From: Octopus bimaculoides
Taxonomy: Eukaryota
Direction: 5' to 3'
DNA length: 64,000 nucleotides
Assembly: GCF_001194135.2 (NCBI RefSeq)
Contig: NC_068981.1
Coordinates: 199,017,087 to 199,081,086, forward strand
Shown: positions 25,545 through 38,997 of the stretch, piece after piece
Position numbering within the stretch: the first letter of the stretch is position 1
Layout of the letters: every line of letters starts with the position of its first letter
Position numbers and translations under genes: made by a program
Notes under the pieces: model-generated
What the model saw: the letters and a program-made list of their open reading frames with translations, nothing else
Told to the model about the DNA's origin: nothing
The model's database searches: none

Positions 25545-25790
25545 GCAACATTATCATCTTTCAACATCCTCCTTGCATGCTGACATGGGTTGGGCCATTC
25601 GACAAGTGCAGGCAAGTCAGAAAGACTGCACCAAACTATGCTGTTTGTTTTCACATGGTTTCTATGGCTGGATGTCCTTCCTAATGCCAACCACTTTACA
25701 AAATGTACTGGGTGCTTTTTATGTGGTACCAGCACCGACAGGGTCACCAAGTACCTTACCAGACCCCTTTCAGCTGAGTTGGGGGAAGTA
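25545..25790 (-). mobile_element. Older RTE 3' UTR fragment
   Basis: CTTGCATGCTGACATGGGTTGG...GGCTGGATGTCCTTCCTAATGCCAACCAC. Confidence 0.7.
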
Positions 25791-27011
25791 GTATTAAGGG
25801 AGAGAAAAGTGTGTTTTGCGTTGGAAGAGAATCCTGGCTATGTGAGGTGGTGAGAAAGGGAGGAGAGTTGGTGAAGATGTAATGGGGGGGGGCATACAGG
25901 AAGGTGTACATAGGGAAAGGGACCAGGGATTAGGGTTAGGGTGGGTAAGTTTAGATGGTTGCCAGAGAAGAGTGAATGCTGGGTGGGTGGGGGGAGATAG
26001 TGGAAGTGGAGGATATGTTGTTGGGAAGAGATTGTATGCAGGTAGGTTCAGGTGGGAGACAGGGGAATACTGCAAGCAGTGAACATGGGCAGAGGGAAGA
26101 TGGGATGCTGTGGGGAGAGGTTAGTTAGGGACACATTCTGTGCTTTTTTGGCCTTCATTTTACTTGGTGGATGGATCTTCTCAAGGACAGCAAACTGTTG
26201 TCTCAATCCCTTGTCATCTCTGTGACACTCAAACTCAGAAAATCAATTCTCAACACTTTGTACCACATCTTCCTGAGTATTCCTGGGTATCAATTCTCAC
26301 ATCTTCCTGGGTATTCCTCTTCCGCTAGTTTCATCAGCATTTAGAGAGTCCTTATTCATACACATCACATGACCCTACCTGCACAGTTTCCTCTCTTGCA
26401 CACCACGTCTGATGCCTTTTCTATTCAATTATTCTCTCAAAATGCTTACACTTTGTTCTACAAACACATTGACATTGAAATTTTTAGTGTAGGTTGCATG
26501 GTTAAAATTAAATAGAGTTGTAATGTGGGAAAATGACAAATATTGCTTTGAAATTAAGGAATGCTGAGTTTTGATTGGATAAAAAATAAGTGACTCAACT
26601 CATTAAGAATGCTCTAAGGGAATCTATCTTTTAATCTTAAGCTTAAACTATTTTGGATCAGGAGGATATTAATATTGAATAAGATTAAGATGACTTAGCA
26701 GTTAGCCTTAAGAGAAAATGATTTATGTTGAAGGTGAACTATAATTTGAATTGAAGAAGTCTTGGGGAAATAGTCTCTCTGGAATGTTAATTGGTGAGGT
26801 TAGTTTAGAAGCTGTGAATTTTGGTGGGAGAGGTATTTACAGGAATTAAAACTAATTCATTTGGCTAAGGGCCAAAGGAAATATAATTTTTACAAATAAT
26901 GCTTAGGGACGAGACAAAAGGGAGAGTAACTGCAGAATAAAATACAGGACTTCAAATAAATCAGGAAATCTAGTTTACCAAATCATGAATTAATCTAAAC
27001 CTAGAAGACAA

Positions 27012-27350
27012 ATGTAGAAACCCTGCCAAAGCAAAACACTGAGGCATAACGTAGTTCTCTCATCTGTCAGGTCTGGACAATGTCCAACCCATGCCAACAT
27101 CGAAGACAGATGTAGAAACCCTGCCAAAGCAAAACACTGAGGCATAACGTAGTTCTCTCATCTGTCANNNNNNNNNNGGCATAACGTAGTTCTCTCATCT
27201 GTCAGGTCTGGACAATGTCCAACCCATGCCAACATCGAAGACAGATGTAGAAACCCTGCCAAAGCAAAACACTGAGGCATAACGTAGTTCTCTCATCTGT
27301 CAGGTCTGGTCAATGTCCAACCCATGCCAACATTGAAGACAGATGTTAAA
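27012..27350 (+). repeat. Tandem array of a 98-bp unit derived from an RTE 3' end (at least 3 units, spans a 10-N gap)
   Basis: ATGTAGAAACCCTGCCAAAGC...CCAACCCATGCCAACATCGAAGACAG recurs at 27012, 27110 and 27245. Confidence 0.85.
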
Positions 27351-27854
27351 AGGTAATGGTGATGATTGAATACAGATAATTAGAATACTAGTTGGTATTA
27401 TTGTTTATCAGTGTGTTAAGACTGCAGGCAGGGAATAAGACAAACAATTGGATTATGGATGGAAGGTAAAGAAACCATATAGATTATAGGTGAAAAAAAT
27501 GGAGTATTACAGGTTGACTGTTAAATTGTGACAGCTTGCCCCATACAGATGGACTACTGTCACATGCTGAGGAGGTAACCATCATACACTAACTGACTGG
27601 TTTATCTCATGCCTAGACATACTTAATCACCCAACCACACTGTTTAGAAGGTAACTTTAGATAATATCGATTTACATCCAAGTTATCAGGTGAACCTTTC
27701 AAAATAGTCCCAATGTAGAACAGCATTGGTGACCAGGTGTGACTTGATTATTTCTTTGACTTCATTTGAAATTTCTTAACAGAAACTTTAAATTACTTAG
27801 TAAAACAATAAACTCACGTATTTCAAAAATCTCTTTTCCAAGTACATATCTATC

Positions 27855-27928
<74 letters not shown>

Positions 27929-29609
27929 CATACTGCATAAGAAAGGAGACCTATTTTTTCAGTAATGCTTCCTCAATGTAGAATGTTAATACATATCTAC
28001 AAGATTCACCATTAATGCTGATGAGAAAACATTCTCTCAGCTTTGGTGCAGCTTCTATACTATCAACATTTTAACTTTCCTTTTTTATATTTCAAATTTT
28101 TCATCCAGCAAATTTTATTTGAACAAGAATAAATCAATAATCAATACCCTAAATTTAGATGATTTCAAACTGTTTCACTCAGCTGAAATAGCTTCACCAG
28201 CCAGTTCTTCCCTTCTCTCACTCTCTTCTGTGTGCATGTATGTATGTATGTATGTATATATTATATATTTGTATGTATGAATGCACTTTAATATTGCATT
28301 ATGTGTGTGTGTGTATACATATAGACACAGAACAATTGCATTAAATCTTTTTTTTTTGTTTTTCTTTCTTTTTTTTTTTTGGCATATTTTCAATCTTTTG
28401 CAGAAATTTGACTGACTTTGAGATTTTAGTTTGTTCTTTATCAAAACATTTGGTCATTGCTAAAATCTCTTCTAAACACTTGTCTAACGAAATCAATATT
28501 ACAACTCAAAGTATACACTAATGCACATTTTATCTTCTTCTAAGATTTCTCTTTCTCTCCCCACCACTCTCTCCCTCCCTAGCTCCACCAACCAAGAAAA
28601 AACTGTTCAATGGAACTTTTCATAAATCATTTGTTCTTTATTTTTCTTTGTGAGATTAATTTGAAATTGGTATTTCTGCACTTTCAAAGGAATTGTAAAC
28701 AGTACTCTTGAGACTTTGTTCCATTAGGAAGCCGTTTGGGCAATGACTTTCTAAATTCCTTAAAAACCAATATTGTCATCAGTGAAAGTCACTCAGAAAT
28801 ATTCTAAAACTGAAAAATTAAAACTACTTAAAGTTTTAGTGTTTACAGATTTAGCACAAAGAAAAACAAAAAGCAAAAACAAAATTCTGTTTCTTTGCTT
28901 TGTTTGTCTTTTTCTTTTGTTTTCCAGTTTTGTTTTGAAATCAAATCTCAAACACATTCGAAAATAATTTAACATACCCCTCCCCCTTCTCTGTTACTAG
29001 ATATTATTCCAAACTTGGTACAATAGATACATATTGACAATGTAATCCTCAGTCATTGTATGTGACCATCACCACTGAATTAAAGTGTTTGTTGTTGTTG
29101 CTGTTTATCTGCAACCCCACTGAATGGAAACACTGTAGTTCTGTGACAGAGTTGGTTATAAATGGATGAAGAAATGTGACAGAACCTGTAGCATAATTGG
29201 GAAACATTCCAAACACGATGGGCTTCAGTTTCACCTGTGTGTGTGTGTATGCGTGTGTGTGTGTGTGAGTTATACTTTTTGTTTCATTTCATTATATCTA
29301 GTTTTAAATTTGTTCAAATGTAACAGGCAAAATGGTTGTGACGTTGAGGCACTGGACTAGATACCACATGATCACTAGTTCAAATCTTAATATTGCCACT
29401 GCTGTGTCCCTGGAGAAAACATAATGGAAACATGTGTAAGATGCAAGCAAAACTCTTTGGTTAAGAAGCTTACTTTGCGACATCATTATTTTGTGTTCAG
29501 TCTGATGATTTAAAGGGGGAAGCAAGTATCTTTTAGTACAGCCTTGGCTTAACCATTGCCTGTTGAATGTGGTTAATGACGAATGAGAAAAAGTCTGCTN
29601 NNNNNNNNN

Positions 29610-29668
<59 letters not shown>

Positions 29669-30439
29669 GCGAGTGTGTGCGTGTGCGAGAGAGAATCTTC
29701 ATTTAACATTCTTGTTTCATGCTTTTAAGGTTTTGATGGTTGGACAAGGATGTGATAGGCCCAAGGACAGCCTGATGCTCCAGTGTCAGCTTTAGCATGG
29801 TTTTCCTGACTGGACGCTCTTTCTGATGCCAAACACTCTGCAGTGTGAATTGGGTGATATTTTTTGTGTGGCCAACTCTAGTGACATTGCCATGCATCTG
29901 GAAGGGGCAGCTTTATGCTAGGAAATGAAGGAAGGGGCCAGAACAGAATGGGTGTTTTGCTGTAGAAGGCTATTCAGATATTAGAAGAGAGGGTGGCAAT
30001 GATCAGGTGGAGCTGGAAAGCAATAAACAAGAGAGGAGATGAACGGGGCAGAGGAAAGAGCTGTGTGGAGAGGCAAGAGATTAATATTTTAACTTAGAAC
30101 CCAATTGATATTTTAGCTCAACACTTAACTCCTCTATTGTGTTTGTAAAGGTATCTTAATTACTTATTTCTAGAAATTTTCTAAACATTTAATTTGTGAA
30201 ACATTTCTTTTACTCCTGTCTGTGTTTGCAACAAATCGTTGAAACACAGATGTTTCTCTCTTAAATTACCTTCACTTAACAGCCATATTTTGTCATTAAG
30301 ATCTGATTTATTGTCAGATAAGTTGATTAACTGATAAAATTTTGTGATTTTTAGCAAAAAAATATTGTGATAAATCTTCGTTTGTTCTTTAGTGTATAAC
30401 TCTATCAGAAATGCTTCTTAATATTTTGTTGATAACGAT

Positions 30440-31010
30440 AATAATGGTTTCCTATTTTGGCATAGGGCCAGCAGGTTTTGAGGGGAGGGGTTAAGCTGAT
30501 TACACCAGCCCCACTACTTGATTCGTATTTATTTTGTGAACTCAACATAAAGACAAGTGGAATGCCACTAAGTATTTTGTCTGGTGTGCTAACAGTTCTG
30601 CCAACTCACCACCTTTAATAATAATAATAATAATAATAATGGCTTCAAATTTGACATAAAGTTAGTAATATTAGGAGCAGGGTTGTTGGTTACATTGATT
30701 TCAGTATGCGACTGATATTTTATTTTATCAACTCTGCAGTTGATCAGAGCAGTGTTTGAACTCAGAATGTAAAAGGCTGGAATGAACACCATTAAGCATT
30801 TAGCCAGACATACCAGACATGATTTTGCCAGTTTGGTGCCATAAAAAGAAGTTTTTGATGTGGGCACAATGACTGAAATTTTGTAGGAAGGGTTTACTCA
30901 AATCAGCCCCAGTATTTGACTGGTACTTCATCAACCAGTTCAAAGATGAAAGGCAAAGTTAACCTCAATGGGATTTGAATGCGGAACATAGTGCAAATAA
31001 ATACCACAAG
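30440..31010 (-). mobile_element. Cluster of three degenerate family-C-related SINEs
   Basis: Repeated ATGGCTTCAAATTT/CCTATTTTGGCA...TTTGAACTCAGAATGTAA...GCCAACTCACCACC segments with (AAT)n spacers. Confidence 0.6.
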
Positions 31011-31256
31011 GCATTAAATCCACATTAACCACACTAGATTACAACCCCTCATTTACTAATATTAATCTTCTGTTCTCCTTTTAGTGACTCTAGTGACTTT
31101 ATTGTTAATGTTGAGGATTCTGTGAATCATAATCTCTCTGTTATTTCCTATTGTTTTTGGTTGTGTGGCACTTTGAGCAAGTGTCTCATACTGTAGCCCA
31201 GGACTGATCAAAGCTTTGTGAGTGGATTTGGTTGATAGAAACTGAAAGAGACCTCT

Positions 31257-31314
<58 letters not shown>

Positions 31315-31316
<2 letters not shown>

Positions 31317-31880
31317 CTAGCAGCTAAGCCTGGTTTCACCTGGTCTGTTTGGATGATGTGGCTGTGATCGTTTTCAGTTACGCATAATCTATAACAGCAT
31401 TTCTCAACCTTGTCATTTTGGGTCCCTTGTTTCGATTGGAGCCTCTAGGTGTATGAAAATTTCCCTCCTATCAAAAGACAGCTTCAGGAGTTGTGAAGAA
31501 CAAATTTGTACGTAGTCTGTTTCTGAGAGCTATTCTATTGGACCTCTGTCTAATCATTAAAACGTTGATTTAATTATGAACATAGAAAGAAATTATACAT
31601 TAATCCCTATTTTTTAAGCAGTTGTATCCGTAAAAGTTTTTTTTTTGCAGAGAGCAGAAATTGAAAGAATATATATGAAATGGAAGTGTGTGTGTGCATG
31701 CATGTGTGCTTGTGCATGTGTATATGAGAGAGAAAGAGAGTGAGAAAGAGAGATAGAGTGAGTGAGTGAAGGTGTGTGTCGTGATGATTGACGTGTAAAA
31801 TTTTTACGATAGTTTATGTACGGAAAAGATTATGTAAAATTTTTGAAATGCAAATATGTGAATGAAAATTAAATTCAGAC
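31315..31880 (+). mobile_element. Non-autonomous Helitron/Helentron-like element (tentative), inserted next to (TA)n
   Basis: Starts TACTAGCAGCTAAGCCTGGTTTCACCTGG, resembling HINE/DINE-type 5' ends. Internal (GT)/(GA) microsatellite. Confidence 0.3.
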
Positions 31881-32339
31881 CTCTACATGGTAGCCAGACC
31901 TGGTAGAAATAGCAGCCAAATCTCCCTCAAAACACCCTACTGTCTTAATCTGACAATTCTGCCTATTGTGTAGTTTGAATGAGAAACCATAACTAATGAT
32001 TAAGATTATTAACCCCACAAAGGGGTGAAAGAAGAGAGACAGCATAGCGAAAGTTTTGGCTGACTGTCATCCTGTACTCCCCTTGTTGCTAGCGAAGTGG
32101 TATATGCTGGCTGTGTGAGCAACTGGTTGTTTTAATGGCAGAACAAAGAGGGGAATTCCATTAGAGAAAGTTTTAATCAATTTTCTTGGTAACTATGGGG
32201 GCTAGGAAAAAAATACAAACCGCATTCCAATCTATGCACCTGTCTCCACATGTGTGCCATTTTTCNNNNNNNNNNCCCAGCTATTTGGCAGTGAACCTCA
32301 AGACAAGAAAGAATACAATGATTGCCCATGTCCAATTTA

Positions 32340-33010
32340 TATTTTATATATATATATAAAGAAATGGAACAGAAACGCAATAGAGGACATTAAAACATTC
32401 GGACAGATAGACGATACAAAGGCAGACAGGAGAGACAACAATCAGAAGGACAGGCAAAAAAAGAGGGGTCATTCGTGGCTTTCTTTCCTCAGTCAAGTTG
32501 CAGAAGTCATGACCATTTTGGGAAGTTACACTTGAGACAGTTCGATCTGGTTGTCCCCCAAAAAGTCTAAGCTGTGAGCATTAGACCCCTTTGTAAGAAA
32601 GCTAGTGAATGTGTACGGCAACAAAGACAAAAACAAACAAACAAACAAAAATGGAGAACATGGTACACAATTACGAATACAAACAAGAAATAACAACAGG
32701 CGTCTTTTGACTGAGAACGAATCAAATTGAGTTGGCGTGTCTGAAGTGAAGGCCTAAAGGCAGGAACATGGGAGATGGACACGAGGTGTTGGCAGTCGGC
32801 AGTCAGGACAAGAAAGAAAGATCATGGCTGGCCGGACACCGGTCACATGGAAGGAGGAAAGATGGGTAGTGGGCAGCGGGATTGGAGGATTAGAAAAAAA
32901 TCAGAGACAAAGAGAAAGATATGATCGCTTTGTAGTGATAGATTTTGACTGTGAAAGCTGTGTAGTCAGTGACATCATTGCTGGTCCTTCTTGTTACATT
33001 ATGGCCTTAC
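32340..33010. mobile_element. Unclassified interspersed repeat fragment
   Basis: CpG-retaining, GA-rich segment between (TA) tracts. No diagnostic protein motif recognised. Confidence 0.35.
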
Positions 33011-34809
33011 AGACCTAACCCTAAACCTTGACTTAAATATCTTTTGGTCATTTTTTACTCTCAATAAAATTAGCAACGAATATTCTTTCTGTTGGTTTGA
33101 TATTCTGTTTAGAAATATCTGGGAATTTGGCAATTTCTTTATCATGATTTAGATTTTATAACACCAGGAGAACTGAAAACTTACAACTGGAAAACAATAA
33201 ATTCAAGTGAAAGAGAAAAGCATCAATATGGCAAACACTGATCATAATTTGTAATAATAATTTCTAGATTAAAATAAACAGACAAGAGGTTTTATTTAGG
33301 TCATAATTGTATGCTATATAAGTTATTCAGTTTAAGTAGAATGGTGTAAATACAGATGGTGCGTGCTTATTGTAACTAATCTAAATATATTGTCAGAGCA
33401 CGCAATCCATTTACTGGCAATTTGCCATCGAACAATAAATCTGTGGAAATTACGGTTAAGTGCTGTTATCTAATCAACTTGTTCTTATGTCTGCAATGGA
33501 AAAGCTATAGAGTTTCAGAATGATTTGGTACTAAAGAGAACTTTTGTCCAGAATGGGTACAAATAGATCATTTTATTAATGACAATCTGTATAAAAGATG
33601 AACCAAATAGAGAATTTACAAAATTCGAAAAGAAATCAAACCAATTTCCCTGATTTCTATTTTATGATGTGATATTAATCAGCAGGAACAATATTTTAGA
33701 TGAGTTAAGTCTGTACAAAGCACCCACAATTACATAGCAAGATTGTTCATTTAGAGTACTAATTAGCTTCAATAATTAAAGTACAACTGATCAATAGTAT
33801 TACCTGTTTTCAGTATCAGGTGATGACAATTATTAAACAATACCAAAAAGAATGTGAGGGGAAGGCAACGTTGGGTTGCAACCTGTTGGGTTGTGATATA
33901 TTACAGACTACTCCAAATCACAACTCTTTAAGATAGATTTGTATTAAGTATCACTCGCTGCTTTATAAAGTAGAGTTTGTCCATCTCATATTTAGTGTCA
34001 TTCGTCCTTATTCTAAAATGTACTTTCTGCATTAAATTCCATGAAGATGTAAATTCTGTATCATTCATATTCTGAATATGTCGTTCATTCAAGATAGATA
34101 GATAAGAACGAACCAAGAACCCATATTACAATGACCAGACCTCTACATGTTTGTATGACCAGCTAGAAATAATCACCAAATCTTCCAATTCCATCTGACT
34201 GTCTTGAAAGAGGAAGGACACATACAATCCAGGATAATGTAGTCCGAGGTTGACAAGACCTTAAACAAAAACTGGATAATCACACTTTGACCATTTGTTT
34301 GCTGAATGAAGCTGACCCTGACCTTTACCACCATTGTCATCACCACCACCACCACCACCAAAGCACTCAATACTCTTCAACTAGTAGCCATATTTGTTTC
34401 TCTATTTCATACAATTTCTTATCAAAGCTCTATTTCAGAATTCTCTTCATCCATAGAAATCTGGCATTTTGACACAAACTTTAATTACAAAGGAAACAAT
34501 TCTGACAATTACCAATTCCACATCTCTTTACCTGCAGAGTTGTTTGTGTTGTTTAATCTTTTAGGAGAAATATCTTTCTTTTAATATTTTCTCCTCTAAC
34601 AGCCAAATATATTTCTTCATTACATTTGCATTCATCTCACCATTTCATTCCATGTTGCAGAAGAATTATTTTTTCTTTTCTTTTCAAGACATTCTTCAAA
34701 TTACAGCATGGAGAATCTCATTTGAAACCTGTTTTTTAAAACTGTGTGTCTGTGTGTCCTAGGAATTTTCTGTAAATGGATGTAAGCCAATAATAATGAT
34801 AGTGGTAAT

Positions 34810-35225
34810 GGTTTCAAATTTTGGCACAAGGCCAGCAATTTTTGGATAGGGGTTAAGTTGATTACATTGATCCCAGTGGTCAACTAGTATTAATTTTTTG
34901 ACCCCGAAAGAATGAAAGACAATGTCAACCTTGATGGAATTTGAACTCAGAATGTAATGATAGATGAAATGCCACAAAGTATTTTGTCCAGCTTGCTAAC
35001 AATTCTGCCAGCTCACCACCTTGGTAATAATAATAATAATAATAAGAAGAAGAATTAGGCATGGCTGTGTGGTAAGAAGTTTGCTTCTCAACCATGTGGT
35101 TTTGGGTTCTGTCCCATTGTGGGATACTTTAAGTAAGTGTCCTCTAATATAGCCCCAAGCTAACCAAAGCCTTCTGCGTTGATTTGGTAGATGGAAACTG
35201 AAAGAAGCTTGTCATGTGTGTGTTA
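34810..35225. mobile_element. Family-C SINE (minus, 34810-35021) followed by family-B SINE head (plus, 35058-35225)
   Basis: TTGACCCCGAAAGAATGAAAGACAATGTCAACC core on the reverse strand. GGCATGGCTGTGTGGTAAGAAG...GGGTTCTGTCCC on the plus strand. Confidence 0.75.
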
Positions 35226-35424
35226 CTGTCACTTAGACTCGACATCATATGGTGTCAACATTTGTTCTCTCCCTCCACTCCACATGTAATGTTTAAGGTA
35301 TGGTGGCAAATGTGGGGTTCAAGGTACGTGAGTAGATGAGGTTTTGCAAGTGCAGTGTTTTGCAGATTTGGTGTTTAAGGTTCGGGGTGACTAAAGTGAC
35401 TTTTTTTCTATAATTTTGACATGT

Positions 35425-35900
35425 CACATATAAACTGTGCCACCATGTCCTCCCGTCACCTATAAACTGTGTCCTCCTGTCACCTATAAACTATACCACT
35501 ATGTCCTCCTGTCACATATAAACTGTGCCACCGTGTCCTCTTGTCACCTATAAACTGTGCCACCGTGTCCTCTTGTCACCTATAAACTGTGCCACCGTTT
35601 ACTCTTGTCACCTATAAACTGTGCCACCGTGTCCTCTTGTCACCTATAAACTGTGCCATCGTGTCCTCCTGTCACCTATAAACTGTGCCACCATGTCCTC
35701 CTGTCACCTATAAATTATATGCCTGTGTCTTCCTGTGTTTTGTAAACTGTTCCACTGTGTCTGCTTTAGAAACCTCATTACTCTGTCCCCTTGTTGCTTA
35801 TAAACTGCACCGTTGCACTCTCTTGTCTTATGTAATGTGTATCACTCTGTCCTCTTGTCTCCGTTGTACTTTATCACTATTGCCTGATATCTTTTATAAA
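35425..35900. repeat. 32-bp minisatellite (ATAAACTGTGCCACCGTGTCCTCTTGTCACCT), about 9-10 good units then decaying
   Basis: 32-bp period, e.g. AACTGTGCCA at 35521 and 35553. No spacers. Confidence 0.95.
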
Positions 35901-35933
35901 CTACAACTATAAATACATTTTTTTTTATTGCAG

Positions 35934-36003
35934 GGTGGTGGCAGGACTCCTTATTTAGTATGTATATGTGGGACATATTGTACCAGGATTATAAACAGAA
36001 ATG
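35934..36003 (+). CDS. Candidate 70-bp internal exon of an unidentified gene
   Basis: Acceptor TTTTTTTTTATTGCAG|G and donor AATG|GTAAGA. Two open frames: (x)WWQDSLFSMYMWDILYQDYKQK(W/C) or GGGRTPYLVCICGTYCTRIINRN. Confidence 0.55.
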
Positions 36004-37334
36004 GTAAGACAATGATAATGTTATAAATTTGAGTTTATCATTATAAGAATTTTAAGTATTGAGAATAGTGAACCAGTTTGTGAAAATATGGCATCCATCT
36101 GAAGGTTGTTTGCTTAACTCTTTGATAGTCTTTTAGAGGAAATCTTTGTTTTATTGTTAGTATTGGTTGTAGCAAACCACATTTTCTGTAAAACATTTGG
36201 AAGAATGATTAGTTGATATATTTTCAATACAAAATCAAAAGATTATGTTTTATCAATTTATTTTTGGCTGTTCTCTTTCATTGCATAGATATCAATTATA
36301 TAGTTTCCAGGTGGTTTTGTCTATATATTTTTTTTAATTACCAAGTTTTTATTTGTTGAAAGTTGCTTGATTTTAGATTTATCATCTTTATTTTATACTC
36401 CTTAAACCATTGACAAGTATCGGAACTGGTGGAGTTTTATCTTGTTTTGGGCACTAATACACTTAGTAGAAATTCAACTAGAGTTCATTTGTCAAGCAAT
36501 TGGCCAAATATATACCAACTCTGTTCTCTCTGTTGTATGCCAACCGTACAATAAACATCCAGCTATAGAAGTCATGTCAGATCAGACTGGAGTCTGGTGC
36601 AGCTTACCAGCTCTGGTCAAATCATCCAGCCCATGCCAGCATGGACAATGGATATTGAATGACGATGATTGCACAGCAACTATACAAAATTCAGGTGAAC
36701 CAGTAAGGAATTCTCTGTGTCTGGGATAAGAAACTCTTTGTCACAAACAATATTACGTTCATTAAAACTTGAAAGTGATCACTGATAAAATCCTAAGACG
36801 AAAACATTTTCTATAAGTTTCTAACATATGGTCTTGTGGTCAGTGTGTTGGATTCCCCATGGTGATAGGGCGATGGCTTTGATTCCTCATCTAATTGCTA
36901 CATTGTGTCAGTTTACTAAGCCTGTAAATCCTGTACCTGGTACTGGTGCAGCTTCACTACCCAACTCTGTCACATCCTGGTTCTCCAACTTGATCAAGAT
37001 TCAGGAATACACAGCCTCACAGATGAATTATTCTATAGTAACATGAAAGATACCATTTTGGGAGGGATATTGTAATTCTGCCAGCATTTGGTTTCTCAGT
37101 TCTCAATGCCAACACACACCTATCCTCGGGATAAAAACTGGGTGCAAAACTTCCAGGAGTCTACTCACAAGAGAGATCTCAGCCAATGAAATATAAGATT
37201 TCAGAGGTTGAGTACACCAACACCTTTAGTTATTCTCCCACTTATGGAACCACAGTAAACAAACAGTGATTAACCTGTGACAAATCTATAACCAAACCAA
37301 AAGGTGTGTCTTTTTCCTTCTTTAGAACACTTAC

Positions 37335-37498
37335 ACTGGAGAAACTTGGGAGTTGTTCTTTCTTTTGCAAATTCTCAGTTTTACTGAAGCTGGAGATGCA
37401 TTTTCCTTTAAAATGGTTTGAGAGGATATTACAACACTGTTCTCTAGAATACTTGTTGTTGAATGTTTAGCAGCCAGAATGGTCTTTAAAATATTCCA
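37335..37498 (-). CDS. Candidate 164-bp internal exon of an unidentified gene
   Basis: Branch-point consensus TACTAAC at 37541-37535, pyrimidine tract, CAG acceptor and donor AGT|GTAAGT. Phase-0 frame is open: WNILKTILAAKHSTTSILENSVVISSQTILKENASPASVKLRICKRKNNSQVSP. Confidence 0.5.
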
Positions 37499-37949
37499 CT
37501 GGTTGTAAATGGTGGACATGGAGATAGTTAAAATGTTAGTAATTAAAAAGTATTTAAATAAAAAAAATTGTCAAGAATTTAGAAAAATAGAGTTAAAGAA
37601 AATGGCAATTCAGGTTGGAGTTCCCCATTATCTCTGATGGAATTATAATCAACAAAACCTTCATTCATCCAGAATCCCAAATATTTTTTAATCCAAGAAG
37701 ACAAGGATTTCTTATAAGATGAAAGCCCTTTGTTTTTTTACTGGTTTCAGCCATTCGATATTGGCCATGCTGGGGCAATGTCTTCAAGATTGCAATCAAT
37801 CTTTTCAAACCCCAAACTGATTTACTTGATCTCTGTTTGTGACAGCACTAAGTTAAGGGGCATAAAAGGATACAACTTATATAACACCAATTTTGTGAAT
37901 GGTGTAAATATAAAACACACACACATCTGGCACAAGACTGCTTCCTTTC

Positions 37950-38235
37950 AATGTCCCCTCCTCTCTCAAAAGATCTTTGTCTTGCAAGTTACTTGGTGAC
38001 CCTATCAGCCCACACTGTAAAATGGTTGACGTTTGGAAGGGCATCCAGGTGTTGAAAAAGCCATGCCAAAACTAATCTTACCTGTGCTGGTGCCACATAA
38101 AAAACACTCAGTCCACTCAGCAGAGTGGTTGGGGTTAGGAAGGGCATCGAGCTGTAAAAACGGTGCCTGGCCAGCTTCTATCAAACAATCCAACCCATGC
38201 CAGCATGGAAGGCAGACGTTAAATGATGATGATGA
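37950..38235 (+). mobile_element. RTE 3' UTR fragment
   Basis: GAAGATCTTTGTCTTGCAAG...CAATCCAACCCATGCCAGCATGGAAGGCAGACGTTAAATGATGATG. Confidence 0.8.
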
Positions 38236-38494
38236 CAAAACAGAACATATGAGATGTTTACTTGCACCATCTTACATATATTTCATAAACATGAGGTGAT
38301 TATTAGGTACATAATGTAAATCATATAATTAAGATTGATCAAATCATCAGCGACTTGTGTCTTTTATACATAACATTATTGGATTATAGAAATGTTGATA
38401 GAATCAACCACACATGTACATGCTTGCATCTGTTTAAAATCTTCTTCCAGTTATACATTTGTATCTATATAAAATTTTTCTATATATATATATA

Positions 38495-38527
<33 letters not shown>

Positions 38528-38934
38528 CTGTGTCTATATAAAACTCACTCATTTATGTACATCTGTAAATATATAAAACTTGTATTCCGTTTATCCATTT
38601 ATACATTGGAATCTGTATGTATCTAAGTTTTGGAACCACTGTATTTGTTATTTAAGCAAATTCTTTCAGCAACTATTTTCTTAATTTTCATTTACATAGC
38701 AACATTTCCTTTCCTAAAATAGAATACTAAATTCAAATGTTATGATGCTTAAATTAAAAAATCTCTGGTGCTATTTTGTCCTTTCATCAACACTTGTGGC
38801 ACAAATTTTTGTACTTGAACTGACATTTCAGCAGATTAATTCCCCTCCGCTTTAGGAAAATGTCTTTAAATAAAGGAATGCTTAAAGAGTTAACATCCCA
38901 ACAGAGTGCCTTGTAGATGTTTTTTGAGCATTAC

Positions 38935-38997
38935 CTGTTCAGGAATGGATTTTTTGAGGAAAGTTTGTAGTTCTTGTAGACTGCTTTCTTTCTCTGT
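38935..38997 (-). CDS. Weak candidate exon (TEKESSLQELQTFLKKSIPEQ), phase-compatible with 37498-37335
   Basis: Donor GAACAG|GTAATG. The acceptor at TAG|38997 lacks a pyrimidine tract. The stronger acceptor at 39057 would include an in-frame TAG. Confidence 0.25.

Noticed and set aside
32440-32510. Minus-strand CTGAGGA...CGAA hammerhead-like word
   Set aside because: No stem II pairing and GAAA is not intact.
35425-35900. CRISPR-like appearance of the 32-bp (and 21-bp) arrays
   Set aside because: Head-to-tail tandem units with no unique spacers, no cas genes, and a eukaryotic context.
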